Shown here in pieces: positions 1 through 9,552 of a stretch of 20,000 nt of DNA. Location of the stretch: sequence record SRR20825006_827. One strand, given 5' to 3'. Position 1 is the stretch's first letter; the number at the start of each line of letters is the position of its first letter. A program made the position numbers and the translations under genes. The notes beneath the pieces are model-generated. The model saw only the letters and a program-made list of their open reading frames with translations, did no database searches and was not told the DNA's origin.

Positions 1-522
1 GCCTGCGCCACGCTCGCTGATCAAAACCTGCGAGTGCTGCTCGTCGGGGATGGCGTCGAGCGCGCATCGCTCGAAGCGCACGCCAGAGAGGTCGCGCCGC
101 ACGTCGAGTTTCTCGGGCGACGCGATGATGTCCCCGAGATCCTCTCGAGGGCTCACATCGCGGTCGTTCCCTCGCGTTGGCAGGAAGCCTTTGGCTGCGT
201 CACGGCCGAGGCGATGCGCGCCAAGTGCTGCGTGATCGTGTCCGATGTTGGCGCGAGCCGAGAGCTCGTCACGCACCGAAGAACTGGCCTCGTCGTACCC
301 CCTGATGACGCCATGGCGCTCGCGGATGCGATCCGCTTCGCGCTCGAGAACCCAGAGAAACGCGCGCGGTTTGCAGAAGCCGCCAAACAAGACGCAGACC
401 ATCGCTTCGCCGTCGAACGCATGGTCCAGGATATCCTCCAAACACTCATCGAGGTCGATCATGAAACCCGCCAAAGAGATGACCGTGCTCACCAACGACT
501 TGCTCGCGACCCTCGAGCGTGA
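1..522 (+). CDS. Glycosyltransferase family 4 (GT-B), C-terminal part, 5'-truncated by the window edge
   Basis: Frame 1 is open from base 1. Motifs LLVGDG, FLGRRDDV, VVPSRWQEAFGCVTAEAM (E-x7-E), SDVGA and TGLVVPPDD match the Glycos_transf_1 domain. Confidence 0.93.
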   Translation, partial: ACATLADQNLRVLLVGDGVERASLEAHAREVAPHVEFLGRRDDVPEILSRAHIAVVPSRWQEAFGCVTAEAMRAKCCVIVSDVGASRELVTHRRTGLVVPPDDAMALADAIRFALENPEKRARFAEAAKQDADHRFAVERMVQDILQTLIEVDHETRQRDDRAHQRLARDPRA

Positions 523-1399
523 TGGCATCGTGGAGTTGCCGATGCTCATGGACGAGCATGCGCTCGAGCGCATGCAGCAAGCCTTCTCGAGCCGCGTCGA
601 GCACGTCGCCTACAACGGCGACGCTGGCTACAAGGCGATCGATCCCTATCGCCGCTTTGTCGACGACCTGTGCGCGATCTCGCGCGACTTCATCGACGTG
701 GCCGCGCACCCGCTCGTCGCCGAGCTCGTGCGCCAGTACGTCGGCGCGTCGGCCACCATCACCGAGGCCAAGGGGTGGCGCTCACTCCCCACGCACGACG
801 ACTTTCACGGGTGGCACAATGACGCCTGGTATCACCCGGAGCTCGAGGAGGTCCCCAGGCAGTTGAAGCTCGCGGTGTATCTTAGCGACGTGAACTCGGG
901 AGAGTTTCACTATATCCGGGGGACGCAGGGACAAAGGCGCCATGCGCATTTTTCGGACGAGGACGTGCACGAGATGAGCGAGCGACGCATCGAGATGAAG
1001 GCCAGCGCAGGGACCGCCTTCCTGTTCGATGTCTCCGGCATCCATAGGCAGGCGATCCCGATCCTCGAAGATCGAGACGTGGTCTTCTTTGTCTACAATG
1101 ATCCCGAAACACCGCTCCAGGAGGTCGATGTTCGCGCCAGGCGTTACCGACCGCTGATGCTTCGTGCATCGGATATCGGAGGACTCACGACAGGTCAGAG
1201 CGACCTTTTGGGCATCGGCAACCGCGCCCTCGAGCACGACGGCGCCATGGCCAACCCCGAGGACAACGTCCGCGCGCTCATCGATCGCGCTCACCACGCG
1301 CTGATCAAGGGGACGCGGCTGGCAGATCGCATCGAGCGCAGCACGAGGAAAGTGCTCTCCAGAGTTTCGAGCCTTCGACCTCGCGTGCGAACCTGGTAA
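461..1399 (+). CDS. Phytanoyl-CoA dioxygenase (PhyH)-like 2OG-Fe(II) dioxygenase
   Basis: ATG at 461 follows GAGGT (451-455); alternative ATG at 479. Motifs LERDGIVELP, HPLVAELVRQYVG, GWHND (HxD), LAVYLSDV..G.FHYIRGT, AGTAFLFD and GIHR (distal His). Confidence 0.82.
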   Translation: MKPAKEMTVLTNDLLATLERDGIVELPMLMDEHALERMQQAFSSRVEHVAYNGDAGYKAIDPYRRFVDDLCAISRDFIDVAAHPLVAELVRQYVGASATITEAKGWRSLPTHDDFHGWHNDAWYHPELEEVPRQLKLAVYLSDVNSGEFHYIRGTQGQRRHAHFSDEDVHEMSERRIEMKASAGTAFLFDVSGIHRQAIPILEDRDVVFFVYNDPETPLQEVDVRARRYRPLMLRASDIGGLTTGQSDLLGIGNRALEHDGAMANPEDNVRALIDRAHHALIKGTRLADRIERSTRKVLSRVSSLRPRVRTW

Positions 1400-1437
1400 G
1401 ACACCATAATATATTGACTTTTGAACCTTGGCACATC

Positions 1438-1494
1438 TCCTCCCGACGTTCGCGCGAGCGGAGGATCGAACCCCTCGCGCGCATGTTGGGAGGA
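1438..1494. repeat. Long intergenic inverted repeat (hairpin), possible terminator, REP or RNA-stability element
   Basis: TCCTCCCGACGT (1438-1449) pairs with ATGTTGGGAGGA (1483-1494) with two G-U wobbles, and CGCGCGAG (1451-1458) pairs with CTCGCGCG (1474-1481). No U-tract. Confidence 0.6.
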
Positions 1495-1567
1495 CAGCCT
1501 GTGATGGATGTTGTAGGCTATCTGGCGTCATGATGGATTCGTTCTGATTCAGTTTGCGCAGGATGGT

Positions 1568-2926
1568 ATGGAGACGGGGGACAAAATCGCAGGGCGGTAT
1601 GTCCTACGCCAACAGCTCGGCCGAGGAGGCTTCGCCACCGTCTACGAGGCGTGGGACGAGTCCGTCGGTCGCGTGGTCGCCATCAAGTGCATGGACGTCT
1701 CGAGAATCAATGAGGCCTCCACAGAGCAGGGGATTCTGCTCGAGCGCTTTCGGCGCGAGGCCCAGATGGCCGCCACGTTGCGCCATCCCAACATCATCGA
1801 GATCCATGACATCGGGCAGCTCGATGACGACCCGACGCGCCCCTTCATCGTCATGGAGAAGCTCGAGGGTTACGATCTTGGCGATCAGATCGAGCGCCAC
1901 GGCGCGCTCCCTCCCGAGCGCCTCTTTCCCCTCATGATTTCTGCCCTCGATGCCCTCGGCGAAGCGCATAAAGCAGGCATCATTCACAAGGACCTCAAGC
2001 CCTCGAACCTCTTCTTGAGCCGTCCTGGATCGCGCGCCGAACAGATCAAGATCGTCGACTTCGGGATCGCCTACCTGCACACACCTTTGAGCGAGGAGGA
2101 CACCTCCCCCGAGCGCCTGACCCAGAACGGTCAGCTCCTCGGTACACCTCAGTATCTCGCGCCCGAATACATCGACGAACAGGACGTGACCCCAGCGCTC
2201 GACGTCTACCAGATGGGGCTCATCATCATCGAGCTCCTGATGGGCACCTACCTCCTCGAAGGAAAAACCTCGCTCCAGTGCCTCGTCGCGCACACCAAGG
2301 GCGACCTCGAAATCCCCGAGGCGCTCATGGAGGGCGAGCTCGGCTCCTTCCTGCGGCGCGCGCTCGCCAGAGAGCCCGGGTATCGCTTCACGGACGGTGA
2401 CGAAATGGCCGAGGCGCTCGAGCTCCTCGAACCCGACGCCATCGATCTCTCTCAGGTCGTCCGCGCCGCACGCCCCATCTCTGGCCAGAAAACCGTCGCC
2501 ATCGCGGACATCGCCGCGCCCACTGCACAGATGAGCGCCGATGCGATCGCGGATACCCTGGCCATGACCGCTGACACGGTCGCGATACAAAAGGAGCTCG
2601 CCGCCACAGAGACCATCTCGGTCAAACCTCCCGTGATGGCTGCGCCAGAACCCGAGATCGACCGGATCGAGACCAAAAAGGCGGGGCTCGTGATCGGCGG
2701 CTCGCTGCTCGTGGTCGCCATCTTCTGCGCGCTCGTCTTCCTCGTCATGACGATCGCGATCATTCGCGATCAACGCGAAGCGCCCAAACCTCCCTCCTCG
2801 CCAAGCCCTGCTCCCACGGTGACGATCGAGGTCGATCCCCAGAAGGCCGCCGACTGGCGCGAGCGCGCCGAAGAGGAGTGGAAAGAGAAGAAAAAGAAGA
2901 AGAAGAAGAAAAAAGACGACGACTGA
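1568..2926 (+). CDS. Hanks-type (Pkn2/PknB-like) membrane Ser/Thr protein kinase
   Basis: Motifs GRGGFATVY, VAIK, RFRREA, HPNII, IHKDLKPSN, VDFG, GTPQYLAPE and DVYQMG. An Ala/Thr linker leads to a TM helix (GLVIGGSLLVVAIFCALVFLVMTIAII) and a short Pro-rich, poly-Lys tail. Confidence 0.96.
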   Translation: METGDKIAGRYVLRQQLGRGGFATVYEAWDESVGRVVAIKCMDVSRINEASTEQGILLERFRREAQMAATLRHPNIIEIHDIGQLDDDPTRPFIVMEKLEGYDLGDQIERHGALPPERLFPLMISALDALGEAHKAGIIHKDLKPSNLFLSRPGSRAEQIKIVDFGIAYLHTPLSEEDTSPERLTQNGQLLGTPQYLAPEYIDEQDVTPALDVYQMGLIIIELLMGTYLLEGKTSLQCLVAHTKGDLEIPEALMEGELGSFLRRALAREPGYRFTDGDEMAEALELLEPDAIDLSQVVRAARPISGQKTVAIADIAAPTAQMSADAIADTLAMTADTVAIQKELAATETISVKPPVMAAPEPEIDRIETKKAGLVIGGSLLVVAIFCALVFLVMTIAIIRDQREAPKPPSSPSPAPTVTIEVDPQKAADWRERAEEEWKEKKKKKKKKKDDD

Positions 2927-2935
2927 TGTGTCTTT

Positions 2936-4990
2936 ATGGATTCGTTTGATTTCAACCGTGGGATGGGGCAACTGCGCAGCTTGCTCGGAGAACGCTTCCC
3001 CAGAAGACGCATCGAGGAGCTCCTCTCACTCGTCGAGCGCGCCAGAGAGAGCGATCCTCTCCGCTACGACGAACAATGGCTCCCCTACCTTCGCAGCTTC
3101 ACCACCAGGCTCCCGCAACCCCTCCAGGTCAAGGGCACCCCCGATCGATGCATCGCCATCGCAGAGTGCCTCCCGTTTGCCTCGCTCCACCTCGTGCTCC
3201 CCGAAGACCTCGTCGATGAGGACCTCGCGCGCATGTCCCACGAGCGCGTCCCACAGGCAATCACCGCGCTCACCATCGAGAGCGATCAGGTCTCTTCGCA
3301 AGGTCTGCTCTACCTGGCAGATGCCGCCTGGTATCCACAGCTCCACTTCCTGAGGCTGGCGTCGGATCGCTTCGGCATCGCTGGGTACGAAGCCTTCCTC
3401 TCGCAAATCCCAGCCGACGCGCTCGATGGGTTGGAGCTCGCCACCAGACACCTCAAGGAATCGATCCTCGATCGCCTGTTTGCCTGTCCTCCGCTTCGCC
3501 ACGTCAAACACCTGAGCCTCTCTGGGCGCTCGCTCGGAGAATCATTCGAAAAACTCCTCGAGCGACTCGAAGCGCTCGAGCTTCGCTCGCTCGGATTACC
3601 AGGTTGCGACCTCGACGGGGTCGCCTTCGCCACCTTCCTGGGCTCGCCGCTCGCCAGCAGGCTCGAGCGGTTAAACCTCTCGCACAACAACTTCGACCTG
3701 CGCACCGCGCGCCAGCTCCAATACGAGGTCGACTCGTTCGCCAACCTCCAGCACATCGATCTCTCGCACAACAAGTTCAGCGATGAGGGCTTGAAGCTCT
3801 TGCTCGACACCGAGGCGTTCCCACCTACATGTGAACTCGACCTCTGCTTTAACGGGATCACGTTCGCTGGCCTCGACGCGCTCGCCATGCACCCGAGGCG
3901 CGAGCATATCGATGTCCAGGAGGACGCTCACGCTGCCATGGTCTACCTCTTCACGCGTTTTGGCTGGATCGACCCGGATCAACCGCTCGTGCAGCTCGGA
4001 GACCTCGGGGATCTCGTGCCCGAGAGGAAAACCCTGGAAGGTTCATTCGATTGCCTCGATTTACGGCAGGCGCGGCTCACGGACACAGAGTGCGCTGTGC
4101 TCGCAGAACTCCCAGCGCTCGAGCACGTCCGCTACATGGACCTCTCCTACAACGGCATCTCGGACCAGGGGATCGCGATCCTGGCGGATTCTCCTTACCT
4201 CTCGAACGTGCAACATATCGATGTGCGGGAGAATCCGATCACGGCCTGGGGCTTGCTCTACCTGACGCGCTCGACGAGCCTGCCTTCTCTACAGGTGCTC
4301 GAGTTTATCCCGCCCGATCGCGAGCACTTCGTGTTCTCCAACGAGAGCCTCGAGACGTGCCGCCGTTTGCTCGACCCCGACAGCGTCGTCAACCTGACCT
4401 TCGATAGCTACAACACGGATGACCCGCGCTGGGAGCTCTCCATCGATGGAGAGGATCGAGAGCTCGGGCTGCTCTATGACGAACTCGAAAACAGCTCGCC
4501 AGATCAACCCGAGGGTTTTCCCGCTTCACTTGTCCTCGATGAGTTTGCGGTCCTGGGCTACGAAGGCGTCTATGTCCTCGACAAACTATACAGGGCGAGG
4601 CAACCGCTCGCGCACATTCGCAGGTTGAGGGTCAATTATTGCAGCCTGGGTACGCTCGGCATCCTCCACATGTTGTTGCGCAGAGGTTTCGCCTTCGAGA
4701 ACCTCGATTTTTGGAACGCTGGCATCGGTGAATCCTATTGGTACGGTGAGCTCGAAGAGCGCGCGCTGAACTTCGAGCAGCTCTCCCAATACGAGACGAC
4801 CTCGAGGATCACCAGCATCGACCTCTCGAGGAATTACCGGGTTCGGATGGACTGGGCCGAGGCGCACGCGTTGCTCGATCCTGCCTTCGATAACCTCGGC
4901 GAACTTATCCTCGACAGGCTCTCGATCATGCCGAGCTTGGTCCAGATGCTCGAGCACAACAGACCGGAGCTAAGAGTCGTGGTTCGCTAG
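2936..4990 (+). CDS. Leucine-rich repeat protein (ribonuclease-inhibitor-like LRRs)
   Basis: Repeats LERLNLSHNNF, LQHIDLSHNKFSDEG, VRYMDLSYNGISDQG, VQHIDVRENPITAWG and ITSIDLSRN. Starts 9 bp after the kinase stop. Confidence 0.9.
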   Translation: MDSFDFNRGMGQLRSLLGERFPRRRIEELLSLVERARESDPLRYDEQWLPYLRSFTTRLPQPLQVKGTPDRCIAIAECLPFASLHLVLPEDLVDEDLARMSHERVPQAITALTIESDQVSSQGLLYLADAAWYPQLHFLRLASDRFGIAGYEAFLSQIPADALDGLELATRHLKESILDRLFACPPLRHVKHLSLSGRSLGESFEKLLERLEALELRSLGLPGCDLDGVAFATFLGSPLASRLERLNLSHNNFDLRTARQLQYEVDSFANLQHIDLSHNKFSDEGLKLLLDTEAFPPTCELDLCFNGITFAGLDALAMHPRREHIDVQEDAHAAMVYLFTRFGWIDPDQPLVQLGDLGDLVPERKTLEGSFDCLDLRQARLTDTECAVLAELPALEHVRYMDLSYNGISDQGIAILADSPYLSNVQHIDVRENPITAWGLLYLTRSTSLPSLQVLEFIPPDREHFVFSNESLETCRRLLDPDSVVNLTFDSYNTDDPRWELSIDGEDRELGLLYDELENSSPDQPEGFPASLVLDEFAVLGYEGVYVLDKLYRARQPLAHIRRLRVNYCSLGTLGILHMLLRRGFAFENLDFWNAGIGESYWYGELEERALNFEQLSQYETTSRITSIDLSRNYRVRMDWAEAHALLDPAFDNLGELILDRLSIMPSLVQMLEHNRPELRVVVR

Positions 4991-5108
4991 AGAGGTCCGC
5001 TAAAGAAGGCGCCGCATCATTCAACAGAATAAATCCTGGCGAGTTCTGGTTGGCGCTTGCAGTGAATCGCAACCTCTCTCTCTCCGCACTCGACCTCGCG
5101 AGGACATC

Positions 5109-8100
5109 ATGTCACCCCGACTCCCGACCATCGAACATGTCCTCGATAACCTGAACTCTTCTTCCAGTGATACGAAGCTCGACACCCTCGGGTTGCTCGC
5201 GGAGTCAGACCTCGACGCCTACACCCCGCGCGATCGCACCAGGCTCGCCGAGGCGCTCATCGCGAGCGCTGGTGCGGACCTCGACGTGCTCGGATGGGAT
5301 GCGCTCGCCAGGGCGTTGTCTTCTCTGCTGTTGTGGGTCCCCGAGGGCGCCATGCTCCCCGAGCGGCCCGATGATCTGCCCACACAGCTCGAGGTCGCCT
5401 GGCGCGAGCTCGAGCTCGCGCTTTGGCCCCTGCGCGAGCTCGATGAGCTCACGCTCGAAGCGCTCGCCAGGACCAACCTGGCAAGAATATATGCGCCGCT
5501 CGAGGTGCTCGAAGCGCTGGCTCACCTCGATCCTCTCCCCACTCCAATACTCCAGCGAAAGCTCGAGGAAGCCGTCGCCGACGCGCCGATCCCGGGCGAT
5601 CAGCTCGCCCCGATGCTGCTCCGTTGGCTCGATCGCTCCTCTGGCCTCGCCAGGATCGCCATGAGGTGTCTGGCGAAGCCCTGGGTGTGCCAGAGCGATG
5701 ACGTGCGTCAGTCCGTTCATATGCTGCGCCGGTGCATCAAGTCAGGCGATGATACCCTCGCTCGTCACGCCATCGAGGCGCTCTCGCTGCTCGAAGACGC
5801 GAACTCCATCGCGCTCGCGATCCGCGACCCGGATCAAACCGCGCGAGGGCGCGCCTTGCTCTTCGAACACGCGGGACATTTGCTCCCTCGCGAGGCGCTC
5901 GAACAAGGATTCGCGCTCGCGCTCGAGGACCCGTGGCAATACGGCGACGCGATGGTCGCCTGTCTGGAAAAAATGCACGCGCGGGGCGTCTTCCTCAAAC
6001 CAGAACAGGCCCCCGATGTTCTCGATCTCTTCGACCGTCACCAGCGCTTCGAGCCCGAGCAGGCAAGCAGATACCTGTATGTCATCCGGGACGCTGTCTA
6101 TGCGCTGTTGAACCGCCTCGAGTTGGAGGACCCGCGCTGGTTCAGGTTGCTCGAGCTGGTGCCTTCGCTGCGTGATGAACACCGCGAGGCGCTCCTCTCG
6201 AAGCTCCTCTCCGCGCCAGATCCACTGTATTCGCATGTCTGTCGTGTCGCGCGCGCATCAGGGACGCATTGCCTCGAAAAGAACCTGCTCGCGAACCTCG
6301 AGAAGAACGCCGACGCCACGCTGCGAGCCCTGGAGGCTTGCGGAGGAGCTCAGACCGCGGACAAGCTCGCTGCGCTGATCCTCGAGCAGGACACACCGCT
6401 CTGGCTTCGCGCGGCCTCCGGGCGCGCGCTCTCGTTGATCTGGCATCTGGGCAAAGACGAGTACCGACAGATGCTGCTCTCGAGGTTGGAGCCAGCCGCC
6501 TTGCCCGCTCGCATCGCGGATGATCTCGGACCTCGCATGGATCAACAGACGCTAGAGCTGTTGATGTTGTCTCCACAGGTCGGCGAGCGGCCCGAGCGCG
6601 CGCTGCTCGATCTGTGCAGACATGGCGGAAGCGAGGCGCTCGAGGCGATCGATGTGTTGCTCACGCGCGTGCTGCAATCCGCGGTCGGCGACCACGTCGC
6701 AGGCGATCCTCACCAGCCGTGGACCGCGCGAAGCGAAACAGTGCTCTCAGCGGAGGTCGAAGAGGCGCTAGACGCCTACGGCGCGAGGCTCTACTCGCGA
6801 GGTTCGCTCGTCATTCCGACGCTGGCCAGAGCCAACAGCCCCTCGCAGGCAGGGCGCGCTCTGCGCGCCTATCTGTTGCACGAACAAATCGAGCGCGCGC
6901 AGGATGCGCGCGTGCTCCGCATCGCCCTCGACGCGCTCGCGCGAACCGAGGCGATGGAAAACCGAGAACAGATCCTCGCGCTCACCAGGCACGAGCATCA
7001 GGATGTTCGAAAGAAGGCCATCTTCGTGCTCTCCGCCTACAGAAGGGACCCTGGCCTGATCCCGAGGTTCACGTCGCTCGCCAGCATGCCCGACATCCAG
7101 ACCGCGCGTCAGGCCATCGAAGCGCTCGGCAAATTACACGATCCGGGCGCCACGCCTGCGTTGATCGAGGCGCTCGGCCATCGAAACATGAACATCAAAC
7201 TCAGCGCCGCCGAGGCGCTCGCGACCTCAGGTGATACGCGCGCCATCGAGCCGCTGCTCGGCTGGCTCGAGCGGCACGACCACGAGCGTTTTCGCAGGCT
7301 CCTGTACCGCGCGCTCGAAGCGATCCTCGAAGAATCACTGCTTCCCGTGCTGATGACGAGGCTGGCCTCGGCCAACCCGAGGCAACTCCGGCTGCTGAGT
7401 TCTGCGATTCAGAACCTGTCGATTTATACATTGCGTTCGAGAGATGCGCTCGATGATGTGGCAATGGCCCATCTCTACGAGGCCGTCGACCTGGGCCATT
7501 GCCAACTCGTCGATGCCACGCGCCAGGAGCTCCTGGCGTGGGTCGGCGCGGGCGCCTATCACCGGGAGCGCACGGAGCGGGAAGACGAGCTGAGAGGCGT
7601 CTTCGATGAAACACAGTTGCTCCCCGGGGAAGATAACCTGCTCGACATCGACGCGGCTCGTGTGGAGAGGCACCTGACGCTGTTGCTCGACGCGCTGCCA
7701 AGCGCGCGCGGTGAGGCGCTGGCACATATGCTGCGCCTGTTGTCGAAGGTGCGAGACTTTGCCAGCCTTCCGCGTGAAGCGCACCTTTCTGCGTGTAAAC
7801 AGCTCGTGAACCTGCTCGTCGTGGACCCGCTTTTCCCACGACGCGAAGAGCTCCTGGAGCTCTCGACGAGGTTCTCTCGAGCGCTCCCCCTGTCGAGCAA
7901 ACGCGCGCTTATCGATACCATCCGAGCCATCGAGGCGTTCCCCGGAGGTGATGGCGAGGATCGCTGGCGCATCCTCGAAGCATCGGGCGCGCTGCTCGAG
8001 GCACAGGACATCCTCGCGATCTACCGGGACTGTGAGGTCTCTCACTCACCAGAAATCGCGCGCCGACGCGCCTCGAAGTTGCTCTTTCCCAAGCGCTCGA

Positions 8101-9509
8101 TCTCCATATCAGCGAGTGACCGTGAACGGCTGGATGTGTGGCGACAGCGCGAGGACTTTTTAGACAAAGACGCACGCGACGGGCTCGTCACGCACATGGG
8201 TGGGCGGCGTGTTCTGTCCTACCTGCTCGAATGCCTCGAGCGCGACGAGGGAGTTTTGGACGATATGCTCGAGCATATCGTCGCCCTCGCTCACTTCGGG
8301 AGCACATCGTGGCGCTCGCATCGCTCGTCTCGAACGCGCTCGGAAAACTCCGAGCCCTGGAAGCCCTCGAAGTCATGGCGTCTCGGCAGGTTGAAGGCAT
8401 CGCGAGAGCACGAGGACGCAGACGTTCGCGCAGCGAGCGCGATGGCGCTGTTGGAATCATCAGCGCCGCTCGCGCGAGACGAGGTCGAGGTCTTGCTCGA
8501 AGGCTACCTCGGCGAGGGCTATGAACTCTCGACCGTAGGACGTCGCGCGCTCGCGCAGTTGCTCGAACAATCCTCACCTCATCTTCTCGCGCGGCGTTGG
8601 ACGAGCGAACATATCCCCGGATGGCTCGACCTGCTCGAACATGCTTCGCTTCAGGTCATTTCACATCGCGCGTCGGATTTGCTCGAGATCTGGCGTGGCG
8701 AGGACACCTCCAGCGCAGAACGCGCCCGGCGCCTCCTCGGCAAGCTCGATGGGGATATCGTCTTCGCGCTCGTCTACCCCGCGATAAAACGGGGTGAGCT
8801 CGGCGTCCTCGGGCTGCTCTCGAGGAGCATCACGGAGGATGCGCACGTTCGAGCGATCATCGCCCAGCTCGAAGACCTCGGTGAAAAGCGGCTCGCGAGG
8901 CGTTTGCTCGGGCAACTGCGCGAGGGGCATCTGCTCGATCCTGATGTCCGAGCTTCCCGCGAACGCGATCTCGCCACGCTCCTCATCCCGCCATCCCCGC
9001 TCCCTCCCGAAGCGCGCGTCCTCGAGCAGGGTGAAGATGGGCTACTCGCTGCGCTCTACAGCGAGGATCGCTATGAAGTGCGTGCGGCGCTTCGCCGCGT
9101 GGCCAGGTTCGCAGGCGCGACACAGATCGAGGATCGCGTCGTCACGCTCGCGCTCGAGCACGAGGATCTTTCCCTCAGGAGCGCGGCACATCGCGCGCTG
9201 AGGCAAATCTCATCGAGGCAGGTCTACCTCGATGTCACGCGTCGCTTTCTCCACGATCCACGCAGGGATGTCGTGCGCCAGGCGATCCGCATCCTCGCCC
9301 ACGGAGGCTCCACACAGGAGCTCGATACATTCGTCGAGCTTCTGTTTGGCAAGGACTCCATGCTCGCAGGGCAGGCGCGCGAAGGGTTGCTGATTTTGGG
9401 GGATGTCGCGTTGCCCGAGCTTCGACGTGTGTGCAGCCGCGCGAGACCGGACAGGAGGCCAGTGATCCAAGAGATAATCGAGCAAATTCAAACATCTACG
9501 CTCGCGTGA
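5109..9509 (+). CDS. Large HEAT/PBS-lyase repeat alpha-solenoid protein (1466 aa)
   Basis: RBS GAGGA precedes ATG 5109. HEAT units include DVRKKAIFVL, TARQAIEALGKLHDPGATPALIEAL, NIKLSAAEALATSGDTRAIEPLL and DVVRQAIRILA. Confidence 0.88.
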   Translation: MSPRLPTIEHVLDNLNSSSSDTKLDTLGLLAESDLDAYTPRDRTRLAEALIASAGADLDVLGWDALARALSSLLLWVPEGAMLPERPDDLPTQLEVAWRELELALWPLRELDELTLEALARTNLARIYAPLEVLEALAHLDPLPTPILQRKLEEAVADAPIPGDQLAPMLLRWLDRSSGLARIAMRCLAKPWVCQSDDVRQSVHMLRRCIKSGDDTLARHAIEALSLLEDANSIALAIRDPDQTARGRALLFEHAGHLLPREALEQGFALALEDPWQYGDAMVACLEKMHARGVFLKPEQAPDVLDLFDRHQRFEPEQASRYLYVIRDAVYALLNRLELEDPRWFRLLELVPSLRDEHREALLSKLLSAPDPLYSHVCRVARASGTHCLEKNLLANLEKNADATLRALEACGGAQTADKLAALILEQDTPLWLRAASGRALSLIWHLGKDEYRQMLLSRLEPAALPARIADDLGPRMDQQTLELLMLSPQVGERPERALLDLCRHGGSEALEAIDVLLTRVLQSAVGDHVAGDPHQPWTARSETVLSAEVEEALDAYGARLYSRGSLVIPTLARANSPSQAGRALRAYLLHEQIERAQDARVLRIALDALARTEAMENREQILALTRHEHQDVRKKAIFVLSAYRRDPGLIPRFTSLASMPDIQTARQAIEALGKLHDPGATPALIEALGHRNMNIKLSAAEALATSGDTRAIEPLLGWLERHDHERFRRLLYRALEAILEESLLPVLMTRLASANPRQLRLLSSAIQNLSIYTLRSRDALDDVAMAHLYEAVDLGHCQLVDATRQELLAWVGAGAYHRERTEREDELRGVFDETQLLPGEDNLLDIDAARVERHLTLLLDALPSARGEALAHMLRLLSKVRDFASLPREAHLSACKQLVNLLVVDPLFPRREELLELSTRFSRALPLSSKRALIDTIRAIEAFPGGDGEDRWRILEASGALLEAQDILAIYRDCEVSHSPEIARRRASKLLFPKRSISISASDRERLDVWRQREDFLDKDARDGLVTHMGGRRVLSYLLECLERDEGVLDDMLEHIVALAHFGSTSWRSHRSSRTRSENSEPWKPSKSWRLGRLKASREHEDADVRAASAMALLESSAPLARDEVEVLLEGYLGEGYELSTVGRRALAQLLEQSSPHLLARRWTSEHIPGWLDLLEHASLQVISHRASDLLEIWRGEDTSSAERARRLLGKLDGDIVFALVYPAIKRGELGVLGLLSRSITEDAHVRAIIAQLEDLGEKRLARRLLGQLREGHLLDPDVRASRERDLATLLIPPSPLPPEARVLEQGEDGLLAALYSEDRYEVRAALRRVARFAGATQIEDRVVTLALEHEDLSLRSAAHRALRQISSRQVYLDVTRRFLHDPRRDVVRQAIRILAHGGSTQELDTFVELLFGKDSMLAGQAREGLLILGDVALPELRRVCSRARPDRRPVIQEIIEQIQTSTLA

Positions 9510-9522
9510 TGGTCGCGCGAGC
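9500..9522. terminator. GC-rich hairpin between convergent HEAT and ABC-F genes, possible bidirectional terminator
   Basis: GCTCGCGTGA-TGG-TCGCGCGAGC forms a 10-bp stem with one wobble at the convergent stops. No U-tract. Confidence 0.35.
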
Positions 9523-9552
9523 GCGCCATCCTCACGCGCCATCCTCACGCGC
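9522..9552. repeat. 13-bp tandem repeat (CGCGCCATCCTCA) x2.4
   Basis: Copies at 9522-9534 and 9535-9547 plus a partial copy, overlapping the ABC-F stop codon. Confidence 0.75.

Noticed and set aside
245-460. N-terminal extension of the dioxygenase ORF
   Set aside because: Lies inside the GT4 gene; an RBS-supported ATG is at 461.
1604-2971. 455-aa - strand ORF with a hydrophobic signal-like start
   Set aside because: Antisense to the kinase; the Phe/Leu run is just the complement of the poly-Lys codons.
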